A stretch of DNA of 64,000 nucleotides from an uncultured Acidimicrobiaceae bacterium (GTDB taxonomy: Bacteria; Actinomycetota; Acidimicrobiia; Acidimicrobiales; Bog-793). Positions 39,923 through 49,625 of the stretch are shown in pieces (within the stretch, counting starts at the first letter, position 1; every line of letters starts with the position of its first letter). The notes below the pieces were generated by a model. The model saw nothing but the letters and a program-made list of their open reading frames with translations. It ran no database searches and was not told the origin of the DNA. The translations under genes and the position numbers were made by a program. The stretch covers positions 430,663 through 494,662 of the forward strand of contig CAWISR010000002.1 in NCBI GenBank assembly GCA_963838845.1, written 5' to 3'.

Positions 39923-41302
39923 TCATTTGGCGAGAGGTGCACTGATGGGTGTGTCAGATGGGCCATCATCAATGAAAGGGCGCGCCGAAGGCAGCTGAGT
40001 GCCTTCTTGGAGGATCGGCGTATCGATCCCGTCTTCTGCTCGAAATCGCGGCCACGAGACTTCGATATGTGCGCCTCCGAAGCGCGCAGTGGCCACGCTC
40101 AATGTGCCGCCGGTCGCTTTGACGACCGCGTTCGCGATTGAGAGGCCGAGGCCGGCACCTCCAGGGACGGTACTCGCGCGGTGAAACCGCAACAGGATGT
40201 GCTGGCGCTCCTCCTCGGCGATCCCAGGACCGCTGTCGTCGACGGTGACCGTCACGCGATTCTCCGTCGAGGCGACCGACACTTCGACGCGTCCGTCCGG
40301 GTTGGTGTACCGACAGGCGTTGTCGAGAAGAACCGAGACGAGGCGATCGAGCCAGTCCGCGGGAGCGACGACGATCGGAGCGAGCTCACCCGACTCAGCG
40401 AACGAGATGGTGAGCCTCTGGCGAGAAGCGAGGGCGCCGAAACGCTCTGAACACGCCCTCGAGATGTTCGCCACGTCGACCGGCTCCTGCGGCGGACTCA
40501 CGGGAAGTGCATCGAGACGCGCCAACCACAACAGGTCATCGACGATGCTGCGCAACCTTTTGGACTCATCCGCGACCCGTTCCAGCGCGATCCGATAGGC
40601 GGAAGCTGTCCGATCGGAGCTGAGCGCGAGACCGACTTCCGCCTCAATCACGCTGAGCGGCGTGCGCAACTCGTGTGAAGCATCTGCGGTGAACTCGAGC
40701 TGGCGAAGGCGCGCCCGCTCGATCGGCGTCGCGGCACGCCGACCGATGATCGTTGCTGCGAGGAACAAACTGAGCAGGATGATCGGCGCGAGTACCCCCT
40801 CGACGAGCAGGAGCGTCGAGCGCACGCTTCCGACTTCCTCGGTGCTCGTGGCGACCACGATCCGGCCGCTCGGAATCTCGACCCCCTCGAGTCGAAATGT
40901 TCGACCCCCGAACCCTGCGTTCACGGGTTCACCGGCCCGCAAATCGGCCACGGGAAGCGAGGGGGCACCGGCGCTGAGCCGATTGGCTTTCGTCGCACCG
41001 GCTGGCACGAACCAGGCGAGGATCGGCGCGTCATCGAAGTCACCCGCCGAGCTCGGCACTGCGGTGGTGACCGGACTCCCCGGACTTAGCTGCTTCGGGA
41101 ACCCATGGGTGAGCGAAACCAGGCGCCCTGCTAGGCGAGCGTCGATCGAGGTGTAGAGGTGATCAACGACGACGAGGTCGGCAACCGTACAGGCCAAGAG
41201 GTAGACGACGAGGGCGAGCACGGTCGCGCTGAACGCGACACGTCGGGCGTGGAGGCGAACGCGTCCGCTCGAAACGCCAGATCCGAGCTTCTCTGCGTTC
41301 AT
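39923..41302 (-). CDS. Sensor histidine kinase
   Basis: ADASHELRTPL, LLDNACRY, DDSGPGI, GAGLGL. Confidence 0.92.
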   Translation of the reverse strand: MNAEKLGSGVSSGRVRLHARRVAFSATVLALVVYLLACTVADLVVVDHLYTSIDARLAGRLVSLTHGFPKQLSPGSPVTTAVPSSAGDFDDAPILAWFVPAGATKANRLSAGAPSLPVADLRAGEPVNAGFGGRTFRLEGVEIPSGRIVVATSTEEVGSVRSTLLLVEGVLAPIILLSLFLAATIIGRRAATPIERARLRQLEFTADASHELRTPLSVIEAEVGLALSSDRTASAYRIALERVADESKRLRSIVDDLLWLARLDALPVSPPQEPVDVANISRACSERFGALASRQRLTISFAESGELAPIVVAPADWLDRLVSVLLDNACRYTNPDGRVEVSVASTENRVTVTVDDSGPGIAEEERQHILLRFHRASTVPGGAGLGLSIANAVVKATGGTLSVATARFGGAHIEVSWPRFRAEDGIDTPILQEGTQLPSARPFIDDGPSDTPISAPLAK

Positions 41303-41967
41303 GAAGCCACCAAGCGGTATCCCGCGCCCCGCAGCGTCTCGATCCTCGCGTCGCAGCGGGCGAGCTTGGCTCGAAGACGGGCGATGTGTACGTCGATCGT
41401 GTTCGAGCCGACGGCGTCGGCCTCTTCGGGCCATGCTTGGAGCGCGATCGTGCTGCGTTGAACGACCGCCGGACTTCTTCTGAGGAGCAGCTCGATGATG
41501 GCGAACTCCCGGGGAGTGAGCTCCGCGGGTGCACCGCCCACGAGCACCTCTCGGGTGGCTGGGTCAATACTGAGCGATCCACACCGGAGGAGAGGATTGC
41601 GGTCGCCGCTTGGTCGGCGGAGCAAGGCGCGAAGGCGGGCCAGCAGTTCGCCGTAGTCGAACGGCTTGATCAGGTAGTCATCTGCGCCCTCGTCGAGGGC
41701 CCGGATGCGGTCAGGAGGGGCATCTTTTGCCGTGAGCATGAGGAACGGAGTGCGGATACCCTGCCGGCGTGCCCAAATGATGATCTCGAGTCCGGAAGCT
41801 CCCGGCATGCGCCAGTCGAGAACACCCACACAGTATTCATAGGCGCGTAGGTACTGGCGGGCATCCTCGCCGTTCGTAACGGCATCGACGACGTAGCCGG
41901 CTTCGCGAAGCCCACGTTCGAGCACGTCCCGCAGGCTGGCATCATCCTCGGCTACAAGAACCCGCAT
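41299..41967 (-). CDS. OmpR-family response regulator
   Basis: MRVLVAEDD, LDWRMP, GADDYLIKPF, ETLRGAGY. Confidence 0.93.
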   Translation of the reverse strand: MRVLVAEDDASLRDVLERGLREAGYVVDAVTNGEDARQYLRAYEYCVGVLDWRMPGASGLEIIIWARRQGIRTPFLMLTAKDAPPDRIRALDEGADDYLIKPFDYGELLARLRALLRRPSGDRNPLLRCGSLSIDPATREVLVGGAPAELTPREFAIIELLLRRSPAVVQRSTIALQAWPEEADAVGSNTIDVHIARLRAKLARCDARIETLRGAGYRLVAS

Positions 41968-41989
41968 AACAACAAATAGTGTCGCAGCC

Positions 41990-42622
41990 TCAGCCCAGCT
42001 CATCCTGCAAAGCGATGCGCTCGAGCTTGAGCTGTCGTAGTCGGTGGACGATGAACACACTCCCGATGACGACGACCACTCCGGCGGCGAGATAGCCGAC
42101 GTAACTGAAGTCCGTGACGATGCGGTGCCAGCTCGAACCGAGCGCGAATCCGATGCTCGCGAGCCCTCCGCACCAGATGGTGCAGGCGGCCAGGGTAAAG
42201 GTCACGAATTTCGCGAGCGACATCTCGCCGATCCCCGCAGCGATCGAGATGAACGACCGTACGAACGGTATGAAGCGACCGAAGAAGACCAGCGGTTCTC
42301 CTCGGCGAGCGAACCATCCCTCGGCGCGATCGAGGTCCTTATGGGTGAGAAGGACGTACTTGCCGACCCGATCGACGAGATTGCGACCTTCGTAGCGCCC
42401 GATCGCGTACCCGATGGACGATCCCGTGACCTCACCGATGGCTGCAAAGAGGATGACGAGCAGCAGCTGAAGGCGGTCGTGGTGACCGGTGACCACTTGG
42501 CCGCTGGCGAGCACCCCGGCGTAACCGATGGCGATCTCGGAGCCAACTGGTATGCCGAGCGCCGCGAGCGCCGCGATGCCGAAGAGCGCGAGATAGCCCC
42601 AAGTTGCCAGGATGTGTTCCAT
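41990..42622 (-). CDS. DedA family membrane protein
   Basis: GIPVGSE, VFFGRFIPFVRSFISIAAG. Confidence 0.9.
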   Translation of the reverse strand: MEHILATWGYLALFGIAALAALGIPVGSEIAIGYAGVLASGQVVTGHHDRLQLLLVILFAAIGEVTGSSIGYAIGRYEGRNLVDRVGKYVLLTHKDLDRAEGWFARRGEPLVFFGRFIPFVRSFISIAAGIGEMSLAKFVTFTLAACTIWCGGLASIGFALGSSWHRIVTDFSYVGYLAAGVVVVIGSVFIVHRLRQLKLERIALQDELG

Positions 42623-42710
42623 CGTGCCTCTCTAGACAGACGATCGAGTTAACGATGGTCCGCGAACATGACGCCTACATGAAGGCGATTCTCGGCGGCT
42701 CGGCATCACG

Positions 42711-43454
42711 GTGCCGATGAAGTCGACCTCTACTGCCTCAGATCGAAGCGGAGTCGCGCCGGCGCTGTTCGCGCCGCTGGGTCCCCGGTACGACAAACTC
42801 TCCGAGCTGTTGTCGTTCGGCCAAGACCGCCGCTGGCGTCAAGCGATGGTCGACCGCATCGAGGCGGCACGACCCAAGGTCGTGCTGGACGTCGCTTCAG
42901 GAACCGGCAAGGTGTCCTTCGACCTGCTGCATCGGACGGGTTGTCGGGTCGTCGGTCTCGATCTTTCAGAAGAAATGTTGACCGAGGCAACTCGGAAGTC
43001 GCGAACGGAAGACCGCGCGGGCCGTGCTTGCTTCGTGTCCGGACATGCCGACAGCCTCCCGTTTCCGGACGGAACATTCGATGCTCTTACCTTCACCTAC
43101 CTCCTTCGTTACGTCGGTGATCCGCAGCACACCCTCGACGAGCTCGCCCGGGTCGTGCAGCCCGGTGGGGTGATGGCGAGTGTCGAGTTCCTTCGTCCAC
43201 CGAACATGTTCTGGCGGTTCTGGTGGTGGGGATACACGAGATGGCTGCTCCCCTTTGCAGGGTGGATCACCGGCGGTCGCGCCTGGTTCCGGGTGGGGCG
43301 CTTCCTCGGTCCGAGCATCTCCGCGCACGACGAGCGCTACCCGGTGTCCTGGGCCGTTGACAGCTGGCGCCGAGCGGGATTCGAGGACGTCGGCTGGAAG
43401 GTGATGAGCCTTGGCGGTGGATTGGTCATGTGGGGGCGGCGCGCTGGTGAATGA
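42711..43454 (+). CDS. UbiE/MenG-like class I SAM methyltransferase
   Basis: YDKLSELLSFGQDRRWR, VLDVASGTG, LPFPDGTFD, LLRYV. Confidence 0.8.
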   Translation: MPMKSTSTASDRSGVAPALFAPLGPRYDKLSELLSFGQDRRWRQAMVDRIEAARPKVVLDVASGTGKVSFDLLHRTGCRVVGLDLSEEMLTEATRKSRTEDRAGRACFVSGHADSLPFPDGTFDALTFTYLLRYVGDPQHTLDELARVVQPGGVMASVEFLRPPNMFWRFWWWGYTRWLLPFAGWITGGRAWFRVGRFLGPSISAHDERYPVSWAVDSWRRAGFEDVGWKVMSLGGGLVMWGRRAGE

Positions 43455-44238
43455 AGACAGGGTGCCCGCGAGGCGTTTCGAAGGCGCGGACGAGCAACCG
43501 GGGTCAGAAACCGAAGAGACGCGCCCCGCCTTCTACGCGGCGCGTTCGGGGTCCTGGGGGGATTGGTGGACGCTTCTACATCCTCCCTATACCGCATGGC
43601 ACCTCGCGTACGTCGTCATCGGCGCTTCGCTCGCGCCGCTGGTGAACGCCACCAAGCTCGTTGCCACGGTGCTGGCGTTCTTTCTGGCCGTCGGGTTGGC
43701 GGCCCACGCCCTCGACGAGCTGAAGGGACGTCCGTTGAGGACGGGTATCCCCGACTGGGTGCTAGGTGGCGTCGCGGCGGTCGCTCTTGCCGGCGCGGTT
43801 GCCCTCGGTATCGCCGGAGTCATCAAGGTCGGGTGGGTTCTCGTGCCGTTCCTCGTAATCGGGCCGGTTCTCGTCGTCGGCTACTGCTCAGAACTGATGG
43901 GCGGCGTCCTGCACAACGACCTGACGTTTGGTATCGCCTGGGGTGCCTTTCCAGTCCTCACCGCCTACGTCGCTCAGACCGACCGACTCACCGCCGCGGC
44001 CGTGCTCGCCGCGCTCGCCGCGCTGGCCTTTTCCGTCGTCCAGCGGATGCTCAGCACGCCGGCACGACTGCTGCGCCGGAGGGCCTCCGCGGTCGAAGGG
44101 AGCGTCGAGCTGACGAGCGGAACGTCGATCGCGCTCGACCGGCGAACCTTGCTCATCCCGCTGGAAAGGGCGCTGCGAGCGATGGCCGGTGCCATAGTCC
44201 TGCTTGCGACGGCACTGGCGATTGCGCGACTGACGTGA
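43447..44238 (+). CDS. Polytopic membrane protein, possibly UbiA-like
   Basis: LLHPPYT, AHALDELKGRPL, HND; overlaps the methyltransferase stop. Confidence 0.6.
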   Translation: MNEDRVPARRFEGADEQPGSETEETRPAFYAARSGSWGDWWTLLHPPYTAWHLAYVVIGASLAPLVNATKLVATVLAFFLAVGLAAHALDELKGRPLRTGIPDWVLGGVAAVALAGAVALGIAGVIKVGWVLVPFLVIGPVLVVGYCSELMGGVLHNDLTFGIAWGAFPVLTAYVAQTDRLTAAAVLAALAALAFSVVQRMLSTPARLLRRRASAVEGSVELTSGTSIALDRRTLLIPLERALRAMAGAIVLLATALAIARLT

Positions 44239-44289
44239 GCACGCCCAGCAGCGGGAGTGCTTGAAAAGCGCCGGGTGGAACGCTGCGAA

Positions 44290-44654
44290 TGAACGATGCG
44301 ACGAGGGTCGAGCAGCGCCGCAACGACGACCATGCTCGCCGCTGGTCGGATCTCTTTGAAGATCTCGCCGTGCACCCGTCCGACGGCACCGGCATCAGCG
44401 GCTGACGTCAAATACATCCGGGTACGAACGACGTCACTGAATTCGGCCCAAGCTGCACAAGAGCGTCGTTGATGATTTCGAAACACCGTCGTGTTTTGCT
44501 CCTCGACATCGTAAGGACACTCGCCCGACGGCCAAATCGGTGCTGTCCCGGAATCAACGACCCGATTACCAACACGAACGGCACGGCTGAAACCGATCGA
44601 TGTTTCGTATGGTGAACCGGAGGTAATCGTTGACCTGTGCGTCTCTCTTCGCAT
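44290..44654 (-). pseudogene. RidA family protein, degraded
   Basis: SGSPYETSIGFSRAVRVG, DVVRTRMY, HGEIFKEIRPAASMVVV; disrupted middle and C-terminus. Confidence 0.7.
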
Positions 44655-44858
44655 CCGGATACGCGTATCACGTGTCGGGACGACACCGAGCAGGAGCGGT
44701 TATGGGATGCGTTCGGGGAATCTCTCATAATCGACCTCCCCATCCTTTAACGCCGTCGTCGATTTGGAGCCTCAGGCAAGCGCCACAGATCCTTGACGTA
44801 ATCCGTAATCGGATAATCCCCATGCAAGGAGCTTGAACTGAATCACATCCAGAGCTCG

Positions 44859-45980
44859 TCATTGAACGCCGAACGTCGCATGGACAACCTGGCCAGATCG
44901 ACCAGCATGAGCTTCGGCCAAGCGCTCGTCAAAGGACGCAGCAATCGCCTCGTCAAGTTCTGGGAATAGGTGCCCATAGCGATCGAGTGTCACGCTGATC
45001 GACGAGTGTCCCATCCGCATTTGTATTGCTTTCGGATGTGCGCCTGAGGCGATAGCGAGAGCGACGCTCGTGTGACGCAGGTCGTGAAAGCGGCACGTTA
45101 TCCCTGCCTGCTGGAGTGCCGGGCCGAAGTAGTGGGTCTGAAAGCTCGATGCGATGAGCGGATTACCGGCAACGTTGGCGAAGACCAGTCCATCGGAGCC
45201 CTGCTGCGAGAACCGTTCCAGATGATCTGCGAGGGACGATGCTGTGAAGGTGGCGATCGTTATCGATCGGACCGAGCTTTTGGTCTTCGGCTTCTTGCGT
45301 AGCCACTGACCAGCTCCGAGACGAATCAGCTGCTCGGTGACCCGGATCTTTCGTTCTCGGAGCTCAACTGCATTTCGACGCAAGCCGATGAGTTCGCTCC
45401 AACGCATGCCGGTGTCCACCGCCAGATAGATCAGGGTCCGGTATCGGTCGGGATGTGCCTCTGCGAGGAGCGCTACCTCGTTCCACGAGAGGAAATTCAT
45501 TTCCCTCGTGGCTACCCGAGGAGCTTGTACCCGGTCGCATGGGTTTGAGGGGATCTTCTCCTTTTCGACCGCCACTTGCAGCATTCTTCGCAAGGTGCGG
45601 TAATGGCGATGAACGGAACTCGACGACAAACCGGCATCGATCTCATCGAGCAACCAAGCCTCGATTTCAGCAGCGGGCAGGTTTCCGATTCGGTAAGTAC
45701 CAAAGCGGGGGAGGATATAACGGTCTAGGTCTCTGCGGTATGTCTGCTGCGTTGTGATCTCTAGCCGTCGAGCAAGAGACAGGAACTCTTCGGACCACTG
45801 CTTGACGGTGATGTTGGCTCCGCGTGGATCGAGCCAGTTGCCCCGTTCGATATCGACCTGCACTTCTCGCAGAAACCGATGAGCATCGTCTTTCCGTGTG
45901 AACGTTTTGCTGCGTTGTTTGCCGAGACTGTCTCGGTAACGCGCCCGGTATCGCCCGTTGCGCCTTTCGATGTACGCCAC
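44859..45980 (-). CDS. Tyrosine integrase (phage/ICE type)
   Basis: N-terminal arm-binding-like region; TGMRWSE, HDLRHT, MGHSSISVTLDRYGH; directly downstream of tRNA-Cys. Confidence 0.95.
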   Translation of the reverse strand: MAYIERRNGRYRARYRDSLGKQRSKTFTRKDDAHRFLREVQVDIERGNWLDPRGANITVKQWSEEFLSLARRLEITTQQTYRRDLDRYILPRFGTYRIGNLPAAEIEAWLLDEIDAGLSSSSVHRHYRTLRRMLQVAVEKEKIPSNPCDRVQAPRVATREMNFLSWNEVALLAEAHPDRYRTLIYLAVDTGMRWSELIGLRRNAVELRERKIRVTEQLIRLGAGQWLRKKPKTKSSVRSITIATFTASSLADHLERFSQQGSDGLVFANVAGNPLIASSFQTHYFGPALQQAGITCRFHDLRHTSVALAIASGAHPKAIQMRMGHSSISVTLDRYGHLFPELDEAIAASFDERLAEAHAGRSGQVVHATFGVQ

Positions 45981-46129
45981 TGGAACCTCCCTCGTTGGCT
46001 CCCCTGGGAGCGTGCTGGGAGCACACAGGGAGCGGAACAGGGGGTTCCAGGGGTCTCGATCGGTCAGCCACGGTCCCTGACGGACAAGTCGAAAACCGGC
46101 CCTGACCTGCCACGATAGAGGAAAATCGC

Positions 46130-46204
46130 TGGAGGCGGCGAGCGGAATCGAACCGCTGTAGAGGGCTTTGCAGGCCCTTGCCTGAGCCACTCGGCCACGC
46201 CGCC
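46130..46204 (-). tRNA. tRNA-Cys(GCA)
   Basis: GGCGGCGTGGCCGAGTGG...CTGCAAA...GGTTCGATTCC...CGCCGCCTCCA: cloverleaf, GCA anticodon, encoded CCA. Confidence 0.95.
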
Positions 46205-46260
46205 GGCGAATTCACCCTACTGGGAATCTCCTCGATTACTTGTGGGAAAGGATGTCGTCT

Positions 46261-47061
46261 TCAGGCGCCAACGGCGTGGTAGCCGCCGTCAACGTGCACG
46301 ATCTCTCCGGTCGTCCTTGGAAACCAATCCGATAAGAGTGCGACGCAGGCCTTCGCGACCGCGTCGCTGTCCTCCGAGACACTCCAACCAAGCGGCGCTC
46401 GATCGGTCCAGGCCTCTTCGAACTCCGAGAATCTCGGGATCGATTTTGCAGCAACGGTTCTGATCGGTCCAGCAGCGACGAGGTTGACGCGAATCTGTTT
46501 CGGTCCGAGGTCGCGCGCGAGATAACGCGTCAGCGACTCGAGTGCAGCCTTCGCAACACCCATCCAGTCGTACCCGGGCCACGCGTACTGCGCGTCGAAA
46601 TCGAGTCCCACGATCGAGGCCGACGGTGCGGCTTCCAGAAGAGAGATGAATCCTCCGGCCAGCACGCGGAGTGAATACACGGACACTTCGATCGCGGTCG
46701 CGACCTCGGGCCAGCTCGCTTCAAACATCCCGTGCCCGATCGCACTTTCTGGCGCGAATGCGATCGAATGCAAGATGCCATCGAGTTGACCAAAGCGTTC
46801 AGCGACCGCTTCTGCAACCCGACGCGGGTGCTCGCGGTTCGTGACGTCGAGCTCAAAGATCTCGGTCGGTTCGGGAAGCTTGCGCGCGGTGCGTTCGGTG
46901 AGCGACATCGCCCGGCCGAATCCGGTGAGAACCACGTCCGCCCCCTCGAGCTGGGCGAGTCGCGCCGCGCCGAAGGCGAGCGAGTCAGGCGTAAGAACGC
47001 CTGTGATCAGGAACTTCTTCCCGTCGACGATGCCCAATTCGTCACCCCCGATCGTCTCCAC
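46261..47061 (-). CDS. fabI: Enoyl-ACP reductase (InhA/FabI)
   Basis: LITGVLTPDSLAF, YDWMGVAKAALES, AAGPIRT, GEIVHVDGG. Confidence 0.92.
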   Translation of the reverse strand: METIGGDELGIVDGKKFLITGVLTPDSLAFGAARLAQLEGADVVLTGFGRAMSLTERTARKLPEPTEIFELDVTNREHPRRVAEAVAERFGQLDGILHSIAFAPESAIGHGMFEASWPEVATAIEVSVYSLRVLAGGFISLLEAAPSASIVGLDFDAQYAWPGYDWMGVAKAALESLTRYLARDLGPKQIRVNLVAAGPIRTVAAKSIPRFSEFEEAWTDRAPLGWSVSEDSDAVAKACVALLSDWFPRTTGEIVHVDGGYHAVGA

Positions 47062-47266
47062 CGTCCGCGAGTGCGCCGGACACTACCGACGGCGGCTCGC
47101 GCCGTCCACCGGTTCGATCAACGCGATGTCGATGGAGTAATCGGTAAGTGTCATGGGTCGATTGTTCCGAGCGCGGCTGATTTGGGCGTCCACCTGGAGT
47201 TTGATCAGGGGGTGGATTCGACGTCCACCCGTCAGGGGAAGATGCGCGCTGGTACCGTCGATCACT

Positions 47267-48136
47267 ATGGAACTCGGAAGGATCGGCGTCTGGGCAGGCG
47301 GTCCATGGCGCGACCGCGACCGCGTCGCCGAAGCCCGAGACGTCGCGGCGGAACTCGAATCCTTGGGATTCGGGACGTTGTGGCTTTCGGGGGGGTACAA
47401 GGGGCCAATCCAGGGCTTGTTCGAACCTCTGCTCGACGCGACGAAGACGATGACGATCGCGAGCGGGATCGCGAGTATCTGGCACACGTCGCCCGATGTC
47501 GCAAAGGATGCCTTCGCCGAGTTCGAAAAGGCGTATCCGGGTCGCTTCCTTCTCGGGCTCGGCGCGAGCCACGCGCCGTTCGTCGAGCGAACGGGGGTTG
47601 TCTACGACCGTCCGTACAGCCACATGGTCGATTACCTCGATGCGCTCGACCAAGGTCCACGGCCCGTCCCGGCCGACCGGCGCATTCTCGCCGCGCTCGG
47701 GCCGCGCATGCTCCGCCTCGGCGCAGAGCGCTCGCTCGGCGCCCATCCATATTTCGTACCGGTCGAACACACCGAGTTCGCGCGCAAGATCCTCGGCAAA
47801 GGTCCGTTGCTCGTACCCGAGCAGGCGGTCGTCGTCGAGCGCGATCGAGAAACGGCCTTGCGAGTCGCCCGTGAGTACTTGAAGGTCTATTTGGCCTTGC
47901 CGAACTACACATCGAATCTCCGCAGGCTCGGCTTCAGCGAAGACGACCTTGAGCCGCCAGGCCCAGCGTCGACCGCAGACCGACTCGTCTTCATGGGGGA
48001 CGCGCAGACGGTGGCGCATCGGGTGGGAGAGCACTTCTCGCTCGGCGCCGACCACGTCTGTCTCCAGGTTTTCGCAGCGGACGCCGGGCGCTTTCCCCTT
48101 AACGAGTACGCGCAGCTCGCCGAGGTCCTCCTCTGA
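47267..48136 (+). CDS. LLM-class F420-dependent oxidoreductase (TIGR03620-like)
   Basis: GRFLLGLGASH, LAALGPRML, GAHPY, GADHV. Confidence 0.88.
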   Translation: MELGRIGVWAGGPWRDRDRVAEARDVAAELESLGFGTLWLSGGYKGPIQGLFEPLLDATKTMTIASGIASIWHTSPDVAKDAFAEFEKAYPGRFLLGLGASHAPFVERTGVVYDRPYSHMVDYLDALDQGPRPVPADRRILAALGPRMLRLGAERSLGAHPYFVPVEHTEFARKILGKGPLLVPEQAVVVERDRETALRVAREYLKVYLALPNYTSNLRRLGFSEDDLEPPGPASTADRLVFMGDAQTVAHRVGEHFSLGADHVCLQVFAADAGRFPLNEYAQLAEVLL

Positions 48137-48226
48137 CCTCTTTAAGCGCTGTCACGTGACATTTTTGGCACCGAATCGTCATCTGCCAGCAGCCAGATGG
48201 GGAGGATCCGCGACTAGGAAATCGGC

Positions 48227-48700
48227 GTGGCGTTTGCGATTGAGGAGCGGACGTCCGAATGGATCGCGGACGCTCCCCTGCGGGTCGAGCACGCCTTCGA
48301 CGTAGAGGCTCCTCCCGAGTCGGTGTTCTCCGTTCTTTCGGATGACGTGAGCTGGCCCGTTTGGTATTCGGGCGTGCGAAGCGTTCGGCTCACGAATGGC
48401 GTCGGGGGCGAAGGTTCGACGCGATCAGTTTGGTTTCGCGGCGCACGTGTCGATGAGCGGGTGCTGCTCTACGAGGAACCCTGCCGCATCGTCTTTGCCG
48501 GAGTGTCGTCGAACGTGCCCGGGCTGAAGTCGGTTGTGACGGACTGGAGGATCGTCCCTCTCGGCGCCGGCTGCTCGCGCCTGACGGTGGCCGTCGGCCT
48601 CGAGTGCTCTGGCCCGTTGCGGTTCACGCCCTGGCTCGCGCGACTGGCGCTGCGTCGCGCGACAAGGGGAGCACGGGGAATCGCACGGATCGTCGGCTGA
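48227..48700 (+). CDS. SRPBCC family protein
   Basis: APPESVFSVLSD..SWPVW, GGEGSTR. Confidence 0.8.
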   Translation: MAFAIEERTSEWIADAPLRVEHAFDVEAPPESVFSVLSDDVSWPVWYSGVRSVRLTNGVGGEGSTRSVWFRGARVDERVLLYEEPCRIVFAGVSSNVPGLKSVVTDWRIVPLGAGCSRLTVAVGLECSGPLRFTPWLARLALRRATRGARGIARIVG

Positions 48701-48734
48701 CCTCGAAAACGCAGGCCGTACGCCGGTTCGCGCG

Positions 48735-48753
48735 ATAACTGTTCAGTTATAAT
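48735..48753 (+). promoter_or_regulatory. Operator palindrome overlapping a -10 box
   Basis: ATAACTG-TT-CAGTTAT (48735-48750); TATAAT 48748-48753, 7 nt before the ATG. Confidence 0.75.
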
Positions 48754-48760
48754 CCCTGGA

Positions 48761-49102
48761 ATGTCACGAGCGGGATCGGTCTTGTCGCGGGTACGGAGGG
48801 AAGCGGCGCTTACCCAGAGTCAGCTCGCGGCTGCGGCCCAGGTCCGCCAGCCGCTCATTTCACGCATCGAGCGGGGGCGGGAGCGTCCTTCTCTCGAGAC
48901 GCTCGCCAGGTTGGTGCGGGCGGGAGGTTACGAACTCGTGCTGGAGATCGAACCGCTACCCGATCCGCACGACTTGAGCCTTCTCGAAGTCAACCTCCGC
49001 CTCAGTCCTGAGCAACGGATTGACCGGCTCGTGACGCTGCGCAGGACCGCCGACGAGCTGCGGGATGCCACACGCGCGACTCGAAACGGCGGAGATGCTT
49101 GA
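48761..49102 (+). CDS. XRE-family HTH protein (putative antitoxin)
   Basis: LTQSQLA...QPLISRIERG..RPSLETL; C-terminal NLRLSPEQR. Confidence 0.85.
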   Translation: MSRAGSVLSRVRREAALTQSQLAAAAQVRQPLISRIERGRERPSLETLARLVRAGGYELVLEIEPLPDPHDLSLLEVNLRLSPEQRIDRLVTLRRTADELRDATRATRNGGDA

Positions 49103-49616
49103 CGCGTACGACCCCGTCGCGATCCTCGAGACCCTCAACCGCCACGGCGTGGCGTACGTCGTCATCGGTGGCTTCGCGGCGACCGCGCACGGGAGCCCGC
49201 TGCCGACGGTCGACGTCGACGTCACGCCGGAACCATCGAGGGAGAACCTGGCGCGCCTGGCTCACGCGTTGACCGACCTCGGGGCGCGCGTGCGCGTCGA
49301 TGGAATCCCGGAAGGGCTCGCCTTCTCGCGCAGTGTGAAGACCCTCGCAGCGACGTCGGTTCTGAATTTGATCACCTGCCTCGGCGAGCTGGATATCGTC
49401 CGCCGCCCCGCCAGCACCACCTACGAGTCCTTGGCGTCACACGCACTCGTTGTGAGATTGCACGACGTCGACGTTCCGTTGGCGGCGCTTCGTGACGTCA
49501 TCGAGTCAAAAGAAACCGCAAACCGGCCGAAGGACCGTCGGGCGCTGCCGATCCTTCGGGCGCTCGAAGAACGTTCGGCGCGAGACGAGCGTGACGAGGG
49601 GCAGTCGGAGAGTTAG
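49095..49616 (+). CDS. Nucleotidyltransferase-fold protein (putative toxin)
   Basis: YVVIGGFAATAHG..PTVDVD...K..ANRPKD. Confidence 0.8.
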   Translation: MLDAYDPVAILETLNRHGVAYVVIGGFAATAHGSPLPTVDVDVTPEPSRENLARLAHALTDLGARVRVDGIPEGLAFSRSVKTLAATSVLNLITCLGELDIVRRPASTTYESLASHALVVRLHDVDVPLAALRDVIESKETANRPKDRRALPILRALEERSARDERDEGQSES

Positions 49617-49625
49617 CGGCCGACG

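Noticed and set aside
48735..48750. Palindrome as another cassette site (shares TGTTCAGT with 23572)
   Set aside because: It overlaps a -10 box directly before an HTH gene outside the array and is better explained as an operator.
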